A DNA stretch of 64,000 bases from an uncultured Actinomycetes bacterium (GTDB lineage Bacteria; Actinomycetota; UBA4738; HRBIN12): NCBI GenBank assembly GCA_963786805.1, contig CAWBAK010000004.1:101388-165387 (forward strand), in the 5' to 3' direction. The stretch's first letter is position 1. Every line of letters begins with the position of its first letter. Positions 19,564 through 34,935 of this stretch are shown in pieces. The notes beneath the pieces were generated by a model. That model saw only the letters and a list, made by a program, of their open reading frames with translations. It was not told where the DNA came from and made no database searches. The position numbers and the translations under genes are program-made.

Positions 19564-20220
19564 GTGATCGAGACCAAGAGCTACCGGGACGGGGCGCGGG
19601 CCGTCGGGCCGTTCGCGATCGCCGTCGCGGGGTTCGGGATCTCGTTCGGCGTCCTCGCGCGGGCGGCGGGCTTCGGCTGGCTCGCGCCGATCGTGATGTC
19701 GGCCACGACGTTCGCCGGGTCCGCGCAGTTCGCCGCCGTGTCGGTGATCGGCGACGGCGGAACGGTGGCGGCCGCCGTCACCGCGGCGCTCCTGCTGAAC
19801 GCCCGGTACGGCCCGATCGGCGTCTCGGTCGCGCCGTACCTCACCGGGCCGGCGTGGTGGCGCTTCGTCCGCGCGCAGCTCGTCGTCGACGAGTCGTGGG
19901 CGCTCGCCGCCGAGGGGGACGGACGTTTCGACCCGCGCGTGCTGGTCGGCTCCGGGCTCGTGCTCTATTGCGGCTGGGTCGGAGGAACCGCGATCGGGTC
20001 GATCGGCGGCGAGGCGCTCGGCGACCCGGCGACGATCGGTCTCGACGCCGCGTTCCCGGCGTTGTTCCTCGCGCTGCTCGTTCCGCAGTTGAAGGGACGG
20101 AGGCGGCTTCAGGCCGCGGTGCTCGGTGCGGCGATCGCGCTCGTGCTCACGCCGTTCGCCCCGGCGGGCGTGCCGATCATCGCGGCTGCGGTGGTGTGTC
20201 TGATGGGGCTTCGCAAGTGA
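19564..20220 (+). CDS. azlC: AzlC-family branched-chain amino acid exporter permease
   Basis: Membrane protein with the typical AzlC hydrophobic profile. The GTG at 19564 is preceded by ggagg and is followed by azlD, with which it overlaps. Confidence 0.7.
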   Translation: MIETKSYRDGARAVGPFAIAVAGFGISFGVLARAAGFGWLAPIVMSATTFAGSAQFAAVSVIGDGGTVAAAVTAALLLNARYGPIGVSVAPYLTGPAWWRFVRAQLVVDESWALAAEGDGRFDPRVLVGSGLVLYCGWVGGTAIGSIGGEALGDPATIGLDAAFPALFLALLVPQLKGRRRLQAAVLGAAIALVLTPFAPAGVPIIAAAVVCLMGLRK

Positions 20221-20525
20221 GCGCGACCTGGCTCGTCGTCGTCCTGGTCGGGGCCGGAACGATCGCCATCAAGGCGGCGGGACCGGTGCTGCTCGGCGGC
20301 CGGCCGCTGCCGGAGCGCTTCACCGGCGTCGTCGAACTCCTCGCGCCGGCGGTTCTCGGCGCGCTCGTCGCAGTGCAGACGTTCGGCGCGAGTCAGTCGC
20401 TCGTGGTCGACGAACGGTTGATCGGCGTCGCAGCCGCCGGGATCGCGCTTTGGAGGAAGGCGCCACTGCTGGTCGTCGTGGTCATCGCCGCCGCGGCAAC
20501 TGCCACCGCTCGCGCGATCCTCTAG
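20217..20525 (+). CDS. azlD: AzlD-family small membrane protein (102 aa)
   Basis: The product begins VSATWLVVVLVGAGTIAIKAAGPVLLGG.... The GTG overlaps the azlC TGA. This ORF is not present in the ORF table. Confidence 0.6.
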   Translation: MSATWLVVVLVGAGTIAIKAAGPVLLGGRPLPERFTGVVELLAPAVLGALVAVQTFGASQSLVVDERLIGVAAAGIALWRKAPLLVVVVIAAAATATARAIL

Positions 20526-20526
20526 G

Positions 20527-20600
<74 letters not shown>

Positions 20601-20654
20601 GTGGCTCCAGGGGAGCCTAGCAGCGGGGTCGGATCGTCCCGAGCAACCTCGGCT

Positions 20655-21209
20655 CTAACTCGACTTCTGGCCCGTCCGCAGGTCCATCCAGTTCGTCTCG
20701 ATCGTCGAGTAGCGCTGCCATGCGGCGGCCCAGCCCTGGTCGTTCCTGGGGAAACGCTCGAGCGGTTGCTGCGGTGCGTTCCGGTCCCAGATCCCGAAGT
20801 AGTCCGGGCCGTACCCGAGGAGATACCGCCCGCCGGTGTGCGTGAACTCGATCTTCGCGTCGGCTGCCGGAGCGGCTGCGGCCTGCGCGGCGGGTGCCGC
20901 CTGCGCGGCCGGCTGAGCCACGGGAGCCGCTTGGACCACCGCCGGCGCGGGCTGAGCTTCCGGCGCCGGGGCAGCAGGTCTGGCCTCGGCCGGCGGCACC
21001 GGGCCGGGCTTGGGCTCGACCGGCATCGGCTGAACGATCGTGGCCTGCGGCACCGGCTTCACCACGTCCTTGGAACGGCCCTTCGCGTCCCCCTTCGGCG
21101 GTCCGTCTTCCGCGCCCGCCGGGGGGGTGTCGACGAGCCACATCAGGCAGTAGCGGCACCGGATCGCCGCGTCCTTGATCTCTTCCGCGCAGTAAGGACA
21201 GGTCTTCAT
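20655..21209 (-). CDS. Hypothetical protein with an N-terminal zinc ribbon (CxxC...CxxC), a long Pro/Ala-rich linker and a conserved C-terminal domain
   Basis: MKTCPYCAEEIKDAAIRCRYC..., then PAPEAQPAPAVVQAAP..., then FTHTGGRYLLGYGPDYFGIWDR. The N-terminus is paralogous to the gene at 49662. Confidence 0.55.
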   Translation of the reverse strand: MKTCPYCAEEIKDAAIRCRYCLMWLVDTPPAGAEDGPPKGDAKGRSKDVVKPVPQATIVQPMPVEPKPGPVPPAEARPAAPAPEAQPAPAVVQAAPVAQPAAQAAPAAQAAAAPAADAKIEFTHTGGRYLLGYGPDYFGIWDRNAPQQPLERFPRNDQGWAAAWQRYSTIETNWMDLRTGQKSS

Positions 21210-21276
21210 CGAGCGACTCCTTCGCAGATGGCGGGGGAAAGCCTACCCCCGCGCACTTCGCGGAGGGAAACCGGCC

Positions 21277-22527
21277 TCAGCCGCCCTTGACGACCTCGCC
21301 GCCCTTCATCACGAAGGCGACGTCGGTGAACAGGTCCAGGTCCTCGAGCGGGTCGCCCTCGATCGCGATCAGGTCGGCGAACCTGCCGGGCTCGATCGCC
21401 CCGACGCGGTCCTGCCACCCCATCAGCTCGGCGGCGACGACCGTCGCGCTCTGCACCGCCTGCATCGGCTTCATCCCGAACTTGACCATGTACGCGAGCT
21501 GCTTCCCGCTCATGCCGTGCGGGTAGACGCCGCTGTCCGTCCCGTACGCGATCTTCACGCCGGCTTCGACGGACTTGGCGAAGCCCTGCCGCTGCGCGTC
21601 GGTCGTCTCGTCGTTCTTGCGCAGGACGTCCGCCGACCAGCCGTGCTCCCGGCCCTGCTGCGCGATCCAGTCGCCGTTCCACACGTCGGCGACGAGGTAG
21701 GTGCCGGCCTCGGCCATCATCGCGATCGCCTCGTCGTCCATGAGCGAGCCGTGCTCGATCGAGCGCACGCCGGCGCGAACCGCGCGCTTGATCCCCTCGG
21801 CGCCGTGTGCGTGCGCGGCGACGTGGGTTCCGTAGAGCGCCGCCTCCTCCACGCCGGCGCGGAGCTCGGCCTCGCTGAACTCGGGAGCGCCGGGGGTCGT
21901 GCCCTCGGTCAGGACCGCGCCCGTCGCGAGCATCTTGATGAGATCGGCACCGCCGTGAAGGATCCGCCGGACGGCGTCGCGCACCTCATCGGCGGAGCTC
22001 GAGACGCCGAAGCGGAGATCGCGCGGGACGGCCGCGTCGACGTCTGGTGCCAAGCCCGGTCACGTCACCGGCACCGCTCGGGCAGGTGACGTACGCGCCC
22101 ACGCACATCATCCGCGGGCCGAGGACGTCGCCCCGGTCGATCGCCTCGCGGAGCGCCACGTCGACGAATGCGCGGAACGTCCCGACGTCGCGCACGGTCG
22201 TGAACCCGGCGAGGATCGTTTCCCGAGCGTTCCCCACGCCAGAGAGCGCCTCCTGGGCCGCGCTCCGCTGCACGAGCGCCGCGTAGCCGTGGCCGCTCTC
22301 GACCTCGCCGATCAGGTGCGCGTGACAGTCGATCAGGCCGGGCAGACACGGTGTAGGCGGAGAGGTCGCGGACGCCCTCGGGATACGTCGCCACTCTCGG
22401 GCTCGACCGACTCGATGCGGTCGCCGCGGATCGTGATGAGCTGCGCGTGACGGACCTCGCCGGCGACGACGTCGATGAAGCGGCCCGCGCGGATGTACGT
22501 GCGTTCGTTCGTCATGCCGCGGAGCAT
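21277..22527 (-). pseudogene. Amidohydrolase-family gene (metal-dependent hydrolase, TIM barrel) split over four reading frames
   Basis: The N-terminus YIRAGRFIDVVAGEVRHAQLITIRGDRIESV is in ORF 22333..22527. The metal-binding PGLIDCHAHLIGE...FTTVRDVG is in the frame of ORF 21986..24073. The C-terminal half, HGSLMDDEAI...GTDSGVYPHG, is in ORF 21277..22053. At least three frame changes are needed to join them. Confidence 0.55.
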
Positions 22528-22548
22528 AGCGGGAGGTCAGGCAGCGGG

Positions 22549-24073
22549 TCAGTTTCGGCTGAGCCGGAACGAGGGATCGGCAGTGAGCTCGGCGACGTCC
22601 ATCTGCGCCTTCTGCAGCCTCCCGCTGTAGTCCCAGTTCATCGCCTGCCAGCTCGTGAACTGGTCGAGCACCCACACGCCCGATTGGCGCGAGCCGTTCC
22701 CGCTCCGGCCGTTGCCGCCGAACGGAAGGTGCGCCTCGGCGCCGGTCGTCGAGTTGTTCACGCTGATCATCCCGGCCGAGATGCGCTCGCGGAACCGGAA
22801 CACGCTCTTCGGGTCGTTCGTGTAGATCGATGCCGACAGCCCGTACCCGTGGCCGTTCGCGAGCGCGATCGCCTCGTCGAAGTCGTCGAACGTGGCCACC
22901 CCGACGATCGGGCCGAACGTCTCCTGCTTGTAGAGGTCGTCGTCCATCGTCACGCCGTCGACGATCGTCGGGTGCACGAACAGGCCGGCCTCCGGATCGC
23001 CGACGAACCCCTTCCGCGGGTTCTCTCGGCGTGATCCGCCCCGTCCCCGTCGAGCCGCGCACGACGTGGTGCGGCTGGATCCAGTCGAGCCAGCCGAGGA
23101 ACCGCTCGCAGAACCGGCCGCTCATCATCGGGCCGTAGAGCACGTCCTCGAACGGGTCGCCGATCGGCGCGTTCTCGACCGCCTCGGCGAACCGCGACAC
23201 GAACTCGTCGTGGACCGAAGAGTGCACGATCGCCGTTCCGAGCGAGGTGCACCGCTGCCCCGCCGTGCCGAACCCGCTGAACATGGCGCCCTCGGCGGCG
23301 AGCTCGAGGTCTGCGTCGGGCATCACGACGAGCGGGTTCTTCCCGCCGAGCTCGAGGCACGCCGACTGCAGATGCCGTCCGGTGAGCTCGCCGATCGTGC
23401 GGCCGACCTCGGTCGAGCCGGTGAACCCGACCTTGTCGACGAGCCCCTCGGCGAGCGCGCGCTCGAGTCCCTCGAACGCCGTCGGCCCATCGGCGAGCAC
23501 CATGTTGAACACGCCCGGCGGGAACCCCGCGTGCACGAAGAGCTGCGCGAGCGCCTCGGACGTGGCCGGCGCGTACTCGGCGGGCTTCCACACGACCGCG
23601 TTCCCGCACAGGAGCGCCGGCACGAGGTACCACGACGGCACCGCGACCGGGAAGTTCCCGGCGGTCACGATCGCCGCGACGCCGACCGGGTTCCGGAACG
23701 TGAACAGCTGCTTGTCGGGAAGCTCGCTCGGCACCGTCATGCCGTAGAGGCGACGGCCCTCGCTCACGAAGAAGTTGCAGGTGTCGATGACCTCCTGCAC
23801 CGAGCCGCGCGACTCGCGGATCGGCTTGCCGATCTCGCGCGTGATGATCCGCGCGAGCGCCTCGGCGTTGTCCTCGACGAGCCGGCCGAGCTGCTGGATC
23901 GCGCGCCCGCGCACAGGCGAGGGCACGCGCGCCCACGCGATCTGCGCCTCTCGCGCGGCGCCGACAGGCCTCGACGAACGTCGTCGCGTCCCCAGCCGAG
24001 CCGACGCGACGGTCTCGTCCAGATGCGCGGGTTGGGGATCTCGAGCGTTCCGCCCGGCGCGTCGTCGCGCCAC
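22549..24073 (-). CDS. Aldehyde dehydrogenase family protein with an apparent frameshift near 23010-23030
   Basis: N-terminal and catalytic portions (FTGSTEVG, ELGGKNP, GQRCTS) are in ORF 21986..24073. The C-terminal EETFGPIVGV...GYGLSASIYT is in ORF 22549..22977. Confidence 0.6.
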
Positions 24074-24143
24074 GTGCCGCGGATCAGCGAGGAGACGGTT
24101 CGTGCCATGCGGCGCAATCCTACGGCCCGGGCCGTGAACGCGG

Positions 24144-26264
24144 TCAGGCGGGTTCGTCGTACCGCAGGAGCACGAACGAGTGGGCGACGAGGTTCACGGC
24201 CTCGCTGCGGACGACGCGCTGGCCCGGCTGCGCGGTGTTGATCAGCATCCGCCAGGTGCCCTGCTCGTCCTCGATGCGCGGGAGCGTGAACTGGCGCGAG
24301 CGCGATCCCCCGTTCAGCAGCATCAGGACGGTCCGGCCGAAGACCGGGCGGCCGCGCTCGTCGACCTCGTCGGTCGCGCGGCCGTGGAGCAGCATCCCGA
24401 GCACGTGGTTCTCGGGGTCGGACCAGTCCTCGTCGGTCATCTCGCCGCCGTCGGGCCGCAGCCACGAGAGGTCCTTGGCCTGCCCCTCACCGATCGGCTT
24501 GCCGGTGAGGAACGTGCGGCGGCGGAGCACCGGGTTCGACCGGCGGATCTCGAGGACCTGGCGGGTGAACTCGAGCAGGTCTCGGTCGTTCTGGTCGAGG
24601 TCCCAGTCGATCCACGAGATCTCGTTGTCCTGCGCGTACGCGTTGTTGTTCCCCTGCTGCGTCCGGCCCATCTCGTCGCCGGCGACGAGCATCGGCACGC
24701 CCTGGGAGAAGACGAGCGTCGCGATGAGGTTCCGCTTCATCCGCTCGCGCATCGCGCGGACCCGGGCCGACCCGGTCGGGCCCTCGGCGCCCCAGTTGCG
24801 GCTCCAGTTCTCGTCGGTCCCGTCCTGGTTGTCCTCGGCGTTCGCCTCGTTCCGCTTGTTCTCGTACGAGACGAGGTCGTTCAGCGTGAAGCCGTCGTGG
24901 GCCGTGACGAAGTTGATGCTCGCGTACGTCCGGCGACCGCTCGCCGCGTACAGGTCGCTCGAGCCCGACAGCCGCGAGGCGAGCTCGGGCACCTGGCCGG
25001 GATCGCTGCGCCAGAAGCGGCGGACGGCGTCGCGGTACTTGCCGTTCCACTCGGCCCACCCGGTCGGGAAGTTCCCCACCTGGTAGCCGCCCTCGCCGAG
25101 GTCCCACGGCTCGGCGATCAGCTTGACCCGCGAGATCACGGGGTCCTGCCCGATGATGTCGAAGAACGTGCCGAGGCGGTTCATCTCGTAGAGCTCGCGC
25201 GCGAGGACCGGCGCGAGGTCGAACCGGAACCCGTCGACGTGCATCTCGGTGATCCAGTACCGCAGGCTGTCCGTGATCATCTGCATCGTCCGCGGGTGCG
25301 TCATGTTCAGGCTGTTGCCGGTGCCGGTGAAGTCCACGTAGTGGCGGCGGTCGTCCCGGATCGAGCCGGTAGTACGCGGCGTTGTCGATCCCGCGGAGCG
25401 AGAGCGTCGGCCCGAGGTGGTTGCCCTCGCCGGTGTGGTTGTAGACGACGTCGAGGATCACCTCGATCCCGGCCTTGTGCAGCGCCTTGACCATCGACTT
25501 GAACTCGTCCACCTGCTGCCCGACGCCGCCGGTCGCGTACGCCGACGTGGGGCGCGAAGAACGCGATCGAGTTGTAGCCCCAGTAGTTCGACAGGCCGCG
25601 CTCGAACAGGCGGCGGTCGTTCACGAACTGGTGCACCGGAAGCAGTTCGACGGCGGTGACCCCCAGCGACTGCAGGTGGTCCAGCACCGGGTCGCGAGGC
25701 CAGGGCCAGGTACGTGCCTCGGACCTCCGGCGGCACCGCGGGGTGGCGGACCGTCATGCCCCTCACGTGCATCTCGTAGATCACGGTTCGGTTCCACGGC
25801 GTTCCCGGGTTGCGGTCGTCGCCCCACGTGAACGCCGTGTCGACGACGACGCTCTTCGGCACGTGGCGGGCGCTGTCGCGGTCGTCGAACGAGAGGTCCT
25901 CGTCGGGATCGCCGATCGTGTAGCCGTACAGCGCGTCGTCCCACCGGATCTGGCCGCTGATCGCCTTCGCGTACGGGCAGATCAAGAGCTTGTTCGGGTT
26001 GAACCGGTGTCCCTCGCGCGGCTCGTAGGGACCGTGCACGCGGAACCCGTACATCGTCCCCGGCCGCGCGTCGGGCAGGTACGCGTGCCAGACGAGGTCG
26101 GTGCGTTCGCGAAGGGGGATCCGCGCGGTCTCGGTGGCGTCCAAAGCGCGCTCGAACAGGCAGAGCTCGACCGCCGTGGCGTGCTCGGAGAACAGCGCGA
26201 AGTTCACGCCCTCCCCGTCCCACGTCGCGCCGAGCGGTGACGGAGATCCGGGCCAGACCCGCAA
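24144..26264 (-). CDS. glgX: Glycogen debranching enzyme GlgX (GH13). Apparent frameshifts near 25330 and 25500. The start is a TTG 2 nt after a TGA, which is in frame only if one C of the CCCCC run is removed.
   Basis: N-terminus [27 protein letters not shown]...VIYEMHVRG. The middle sections [20 protein letters not shown] and [14 protein letters not shown] lie in different frames (ORFs 25307..25687 and 24487..25512). The C-terminal 397 aa are in ORF 24144..25337. Confidence 0.7.
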
Positions 26265-26266
26265 GC

Positions 26267-28171
26267 TCAGCGCGTCCTCGGGGGTGAGGAAGACCGCGGC
26301 GAGCGGCGGAAGGACGAGCGCCAGCGAGTGCTCCCGTCCGTGCATCGCCACCGCCTCCGCCTCCACCCCTCCGTAGTTGCCCTGCCCGCTGCCGCCGTAG
26401 ATCTCGGCGTCGGTGTTCAGCAGCTCGCGCCACCGCCCCGCCGCCGGGACGCCGACGCGGTAGCGGTGGCGCGGGACCGGCGTGAAGTTGGCGACGAACA
26501 ATACCGGAGCACCGCCGGGCCCCTTCCGGAGGAACGACAGCACGCTCGCGGCGCGATCGGACGCGTCGATCCACTCGAACCCGTCCGGGCTGGCGTCGAG
26601 CTCGTGCAGCGCCGGCTGGCGCTCGTAGAGCGCGCCGAGGTCGGCGACGACCCGGCGGATGCCCTCGTGCGCCGGGTACTTCAGCAGCTCCCAGTCGAGC
26701 GCGGACTCGTGGTTCCACTCGCTCCACTGCGCGAGCTCGGCGCCCATGAACAGCAGCTTCTTCCCGGGCTGCGCGAACTGGTACGCGTACAGCAGGCGCA
26801 GGTTCGCGAACTTCTGCCACTCGTCGCCCGGCATCTTCGCGATGAGCGAGCCCTTCCCGTGCACGACCTCGTCGTGCGAGAGCGGCAACAGGAAGTTCTC
26901 GTCGAACGCGTACAGCATCCGGAACGTGATCGTGTCGTGCTGGAACGGCCGGTAGACGGGGTCCTTCGACACGTACTGCAGCGTGTCGTGCATCCAGCCC
27001 ATGTCCCACTTGAAGCCGAACCCGAGCCCGCCGGCGTCCACCGGGCGCGACACGCCCGGCCACGAGGTCGACTCCTCGGCGTAGGTCTGCACGTCGGGGT
27101 AGGTCCCGTAGATCGCGGTGTTCATGTTGCGCAGGAACTCGACCGCCCGCAGGTTCTCGCGGCCGCCGAGCTCGTTCGGGATCCACTCGCCCGGCCTTGC
27201 GCGAGTAGTCGAGGTAGAGCATCGAGGCGACCGCGTCCACGCGCAGCCCGTCGGCGTGGTACCGCTCGAGCCAGTGCATCGCGCTCGAGAGCAGGAAGCT
27301 GCGGACCTCGTTGCGGCCGTAGTTGAAGATGTAGCTTCCCCAGTCGGGGTGATAGCCCTGCCGCGGGTCGGCGTGCTCGTACAGGTGCGTCCCATCGAAG
27401 TACGCGAGGCCGTGCTCGTCCGAGGCGAAGTGCGAGGGCACCCAGTCCAGGATCACGCCGATCCCCTCGTTGTGGAGCAGGTCGATCATCGCCATGAGGT
27501 CCTGCGGCGTCCCGTACCGGCTCGTCGGCGCGAAGTAGCCGGTCGACTGGTAGCCCCACGAGCCGTAGAAGGGGTGCTCCATCACCGGCAGCAGCTCGAC
27601 GTGAGTGAAGTTCAGCGCCTTGAGGTGCTCGGCCAAGCGCGGGGCGATGTCGCGGTACCCGGGCATGCGGCCCTCGTCCCGCATCCACGAGCCGAGGTGC
27701 ATCTCGTAGACGTTGATCGGCGCGTCGTGCGCGTTCGGCCGCGCGCGCGAGCCCATCCACTCGCCGTCGCCCCAGTCGTACGAGGTGTCCCACACGACGC
27801 TCGCGGTCTTCGGGCGGGACCTCCCACCACGCGGCGAACGGGTCGCCCTTGTCCACGCGGTACCCCGTGCCGCGCGCGACGATGTGGAACTTGTAGACGG
27901 CGCCCGAGCCGATGCCCGGGACGAAGCCCTCCCAGATCCCGCTCGAGGCGCGCGGCTGGAGCGGGTCCGCCTCGCGGCTCCAACCGTTGAAGTCGCCCAT
28001 CACCGAGACCGACTCGGCGTTCGGCGCCCAGACGGCGAAGTGCGTTCCCGCCTCGCCGCCGGACTCCATCGGGTGCGCGCCCAGGCGCTCGTACAGCCGC
28101 GCGTGCGTGCCCTCGTTGAACAGGAAGATGTCGTCGTCGGTGAGCAGCGAGACGTCGTGCCGAACGCTCAC
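26267..28171 (-). CDS. glgB: 1,4-alpha-glucan branching enzyme GlgB (CBM48 plus GH13). Apparent frameshifts near 27800 and 27170; in the sequence as given its stop is missing.
   Basis: The N-terminal CBM48 region ([20 protein letters not shown]) is in ORF 27122..28171. The catalytic region ([29 protein letters not shown]) is in ORF 25621..27795. The C-terminus, running to [14 protein letters not shown], is in ORF 25458..27395. The junction sequence gccgggcgagtgg has an extra G in a G-run. Confidence 0.7.
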
Positions 28172-28190
28172 CGTTGCACGTCCCGAACCC

Positions 28191-31528
<3,338 letters not shown>

Positions 31529-31532
<4 letters not shown>

Positions 31533-33541
31533 ACCGGCACCGCCTGCTTCGCGCGGGTCGCCGCGGCCGCGGACCCGCTCCGGCGAGGCCCGACGCGGAA
31601 CACATGGGCCGGCTCGCCGGCGGCCGGGTCGAGCTGCACGAAGTTCGAGGCCCCGCGCCAGGTGTAGACGGCGCCGGTGAGCAGGTCCTCCACCTCGTAC
31701 GCCTCGGCCGCGCCGAAGCCCAGCTCGTCGAGCGCCAGATCGGTCCACCCCGACCGGGCGTGCTTCGGATCCAGGTTCGCGATCACGACGATCACGTTCG
31801 TGCGGTCCTCGGTCCGCTTGCTGTACGCGATCATCTGGTCGTTGCCGATCCCGTGGAACCGCAGCGACCGCATGTCCTGCAGCGCCGGATTCTCGCGCCG
31901 GATCCGGTTCACCTTCGCGACGAGCGGCGCGAGCGACTCCGCGCGCTCAAGGTCCCAGTGGCGGATCTCGTACTTCTCCGAGTTCAGGTACTCCTCGGAA
32001 CCGGGCTGGATCGGCGCGTGCTCCATCAGTTCGAACGCCGGCCCGTAGATCCCGTAGTTGGAGGCGAGCGTGGCCGCGAGCACCAGCCGGACCGCGAAGG
32101 CCGGACGCCCGCCCGTCTGCAGGTACTCGTGCAGGATGTCCGGCGTGTTGGGCCAGAAGTTCGGCCGGAAGAACTCGACGGCGCCGGTGCGAGTGAGCTC
32201 GGTCAGGTAGTCCGTCAGGTCCTGCTTCGTGTTCTTCCACGTGAAGTACGTGTAGGACTGCGTGAAGCCGAGCTTGGCCAGCCGGTACATCACCTTGGGC
32301 CGCGTGAACGCCTCGGCGAGGAAGATCGCGCCGGGGTACTCGGCGCGCACCTCGGCGATCACCCACTCCCAGAACGGGAACGGCTTCGTGTGCGGATTGT
32401 CGACGCGGAACATCCGCACGTCGCGCTCGCACCAGAACAGGAAGACGTCGCGGAGCGCTTCCCAGAGCGCCTGCCGGTCCTTCGCATCCTTGGCCTCGAA
32501 ATCGAGCGGGTAGATGTCCTGATAGACCTTCGGCGGGTTCTCGGCGTGCTGGATCGAGCCGTCCGGCCGGTGCTTGAACCACTCAGGATGCTCGCGCACC
32601 CACGGGTGCTCCGGCGTGCACTGGAACGCGATGTCGAGCGCGACCTCGATGTCGCGCTCAGCGGCGGCGGCGATCAGGCGCGCGAAGTCCTCGAGCGTGC
32701 CGAGGTCGGGATGGATCGCCGTGTGGCCTCCCTCGGCCGCTCCGATCGCCCACGGGCTGCCGGGGTCTCCCGGCTTGGAGGTCGGCGCGTTGTTCTTGCC
32801 CTTGCGCCGCTCGTGCGCGATCGGATGGATCGGCGGCAGGTAGAGCACGTCGAACCCGAGCTCCTGTACGTACGGCAGGCGCGCGATCACGTCGTCGAAC
32901 GTGCCGTGGCCTCCCGGCTCCGGCGAGGCCGAGCGCGGGAAAAGCTCGTACCACGAGCTGAAGCGCGCCTTCGGCCGGTCCACGTTGACGCGGAGCTCGC
33001 GCTCGAAGGCTCCCTGGGTCCGCCGGTCGGAGTAGGCGGAGGCCAGCTCGCGGAGACCCTCGTCGAACGCGACGCGAAGCCCGGCGGTCTCGTCCTTCCC
33101 GCCGAGCGTCTTCGCGGCCACGCGCAGGCGCTCGCGGTCGTCGCCCTCTGCGCGCCGAGCGGCCGCCTTCATGAGCTCGGCGCCGACGAGCAGGTCCACC
33201 GCGACGTCCACGCCGGCGTCCACCTTCTTGCGGAGGTCCCGGCGCCAGGTCTCGAACCGGTCGATCCAGCCAACCACGGTGTAGGCGTGCTCGACGATCT
33301 CGGCGACGTCGAAGCACCCCCGCCACCGGTCGTTCCCGGCGTCGGTCATCCGGACCTCTCGCCACTCCCCGTCGCTCGAGGAGCGGAACCGCAGGGCCGC
33401 CGCCACCATGTCGTGTCCGTCGGCGAACACGTCCGCCTCGATCCAGACGTCCTCGCCCACCACGCGCTTGATCGGGAACCGCCCCGCGTCGAGCTCGGGC
33501 CACACGCCCTCGACGACCACGCGCACGGCCGAGGCCGGCAC
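31529..33541 (-). CDS. glgE: Alpha-1,4-glucan:maltose-1-phosphate maltosyltransferase GlgE
   Basis: 670 aa with GlgE-type motifs (SWYELFPRS, FRVDNPHTKPFPFWEW, YLNSEKYE). The frame is intact. Confidence 0.8.
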
Positions 33542-33760
33542 GCGCCCGCGCGCCGCGCGGGACCCGTCGGCGTTCGTGGTTGCGATCCCTCACCTCCGGG
33601 GAAGTCCAGCGGTGCAACGGTCGGCCGAGCTTGCGGTTCGACCCTACCGCGCTCCGCGCACGAGCATCCAGGGTTCGGACCGGCGAAATGGCCGCCGACC
33701 TGTGGATCCTCACCCGCCCGTGGCGAAAGCCAACGGCCGGCGCGGTATCTTCGAGGTCGA

Positions 33761-33836
33761 GCGCCGGTAGCTCAGTGGACAGAGCGGCTGCCTTCTAAGC
33801 AGCGGGTCGGAGGTTCGAGTCCTCCCCGGCGCACCA
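33761..33836 (+). tRNA. tRNA-Arg (anticodon TCT), 76 nt with the CCA end encoded
   Basis: GCGCCGGTAGCTCAGTGGACAGAGCGGCTGCCTTCTAAGCAGCGGGTCGGAGGTTCGAGTCCTCCCCGGCGCACCA. The acceptor stem is GCGCCGG/CCGGCGC, the anticodon loop is CTTCTAA and the T-loop is TTCGAGT. Confidence 0.85.
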
Positions 33837-33877
33837 CCAGGTGAGATGTCAATGGGGATGGCGATCGGACGCGAACC

Positions 33878-34747
33878 ATGACCTATGAGATCAACAACGG
33901 ATGGATCATCGGTGAGCTTCCGGGACCGAACAGGTCGCTCGTCCCGGTGAAGCACTTCCCACAGGGACCATACGAACGGAGACTGCGGAAGAACCCGCTG
34001 CTCTGTCTCCACACGACTGAGACGGACGGCTACGTGGAGAACCTTCGCTTCCCGAGCGAATTCCAGGTCGGCGAGGAGCTCATCGGCCAACATCGGCCGC
34101 TGTGGGCAAGAGGCTCGGCGGTGGACGAACATGACCATGATCTCCTCCAGATCGAGATCGTTGAGTTCTCGAGGCTCGATCCGTGGCTGCCGAAGCCGTC
34201 GAGCCTCAACCCACTGGTCGCGCTCATGGCCCTCCTCCATCGTCGTGGCTTCGTCGCAAGGTCACTGCAGCGCCCCGACCGGTGGCCCGTTCGACTCGAT
34301 CGACTTCCAGCAGCTGTGGACACGTACTACCGTCGCCACGAGGTCTGGGACGATCCGAATGTGTACGGTCACGTCGAGATTCCCGGCGACGAGCACTGGG
34401 ACCCCGGTTCGCTCGACCATCCGGCTCTGTTCTCGATGGTCCGCGACGTTCTCGCTCCGAAGGAGGTCGATGGAGAGGTGATCACCGACAACCAGCTCGA
34501 AGGGATCCAGTTCGCGAACGGGATGCGGCGGTACCTCGACAGCCCGGAGAACGAGCCTGCGGAGCCGGGACCAAACCGCCAGGGATTCCGGTTCGCGCGG
34601 CGGATCACGACGCACATCGATGGTGAGACGCCGGTGACGGGATTCGAGCCGACGAGATCATCGACGGAGGGCATGAACCTGTCGTCCGAAGAGAAGCACG
34701 CGGGACCAGAAGAGGAGGAGGCCGAGCGCCGCAGGCTCGGGGAGTAA
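33878..34747 (+). CDS. Hypothetical protein, possibly a PGRP/amidase_2-like N-acetylmuramoyl-L-alanine amidase. It sits in a lower-GC segment directly after tRNA-Arg.
   Basis: LCLHTTETDGY resembles the amidase_2 start (I-H-H-T-A...), and YGHVEIPGDEHWDPG resembles the Zn-ligand region. Local GC is visibly lower (~58-60%) than the surrounding ~70%. The assignment is weak. Confidence 0.35.
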   Translation: MTYEINNGWIIGELPGPNRSLVPVKHFPQGPYERRLRKNPLLCLHTTETDGYVENLRFPSEFQVGEELIGQHRPLWARGSAVDEHDHDLLQIEIVEFSRLDPWLPKPSSLNPLVALMALLHRRGFVARSLQRPDRWPVRLDRLPAAVDTYYRRHEVWDDPNVYGHVEIPGDEHWDPGSLDHPALFSMVRDVLAPKEVDGEVITDNQLEGIQFANGMRRYLDSPENEPAEPGPNRQGFRFARRITTHIDGETPVTGFEPTRSSTEGMNLSSEEKHAGPEEEEAERRRLGE

Positions 34748-34935
34748 CCAGGCGGGCTGCTTACCGTCGTGATCACTCAGATGAGAACTTCCCGCACAGC
34801 GCTCGTCGGGTGGATAACCATCCGACTTGTTCCTGTGCTTGGGGCTTCGACCACGACATCGGTGGTTGCGACACCCTTCCTCCTCCGGCGGACGCCCGGT
34901 TGCGGGGTCGGTCCCGTCCAGAGAAGGATGCGAGG

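Noticed and set aside
25458-27395. Apparent in-frame GlgB-GlgX fusion protein
   Set aside because: A TGA followed 2 nt later by a TTG start appears if a single C is removed from the CCCCC run at ~26283. Given the many homopolymer indels in this window, an artefact is more parsimonious than a true fusion.
33837-34900. Prophage or integrative element at tRNA-Arg
   Set aside because: No integrase, recombinase or att direct repeat could be identified by eye. Only compositional and gene-content evidence exists, so it is reported as a possible decayed island rather than as a mobile element.
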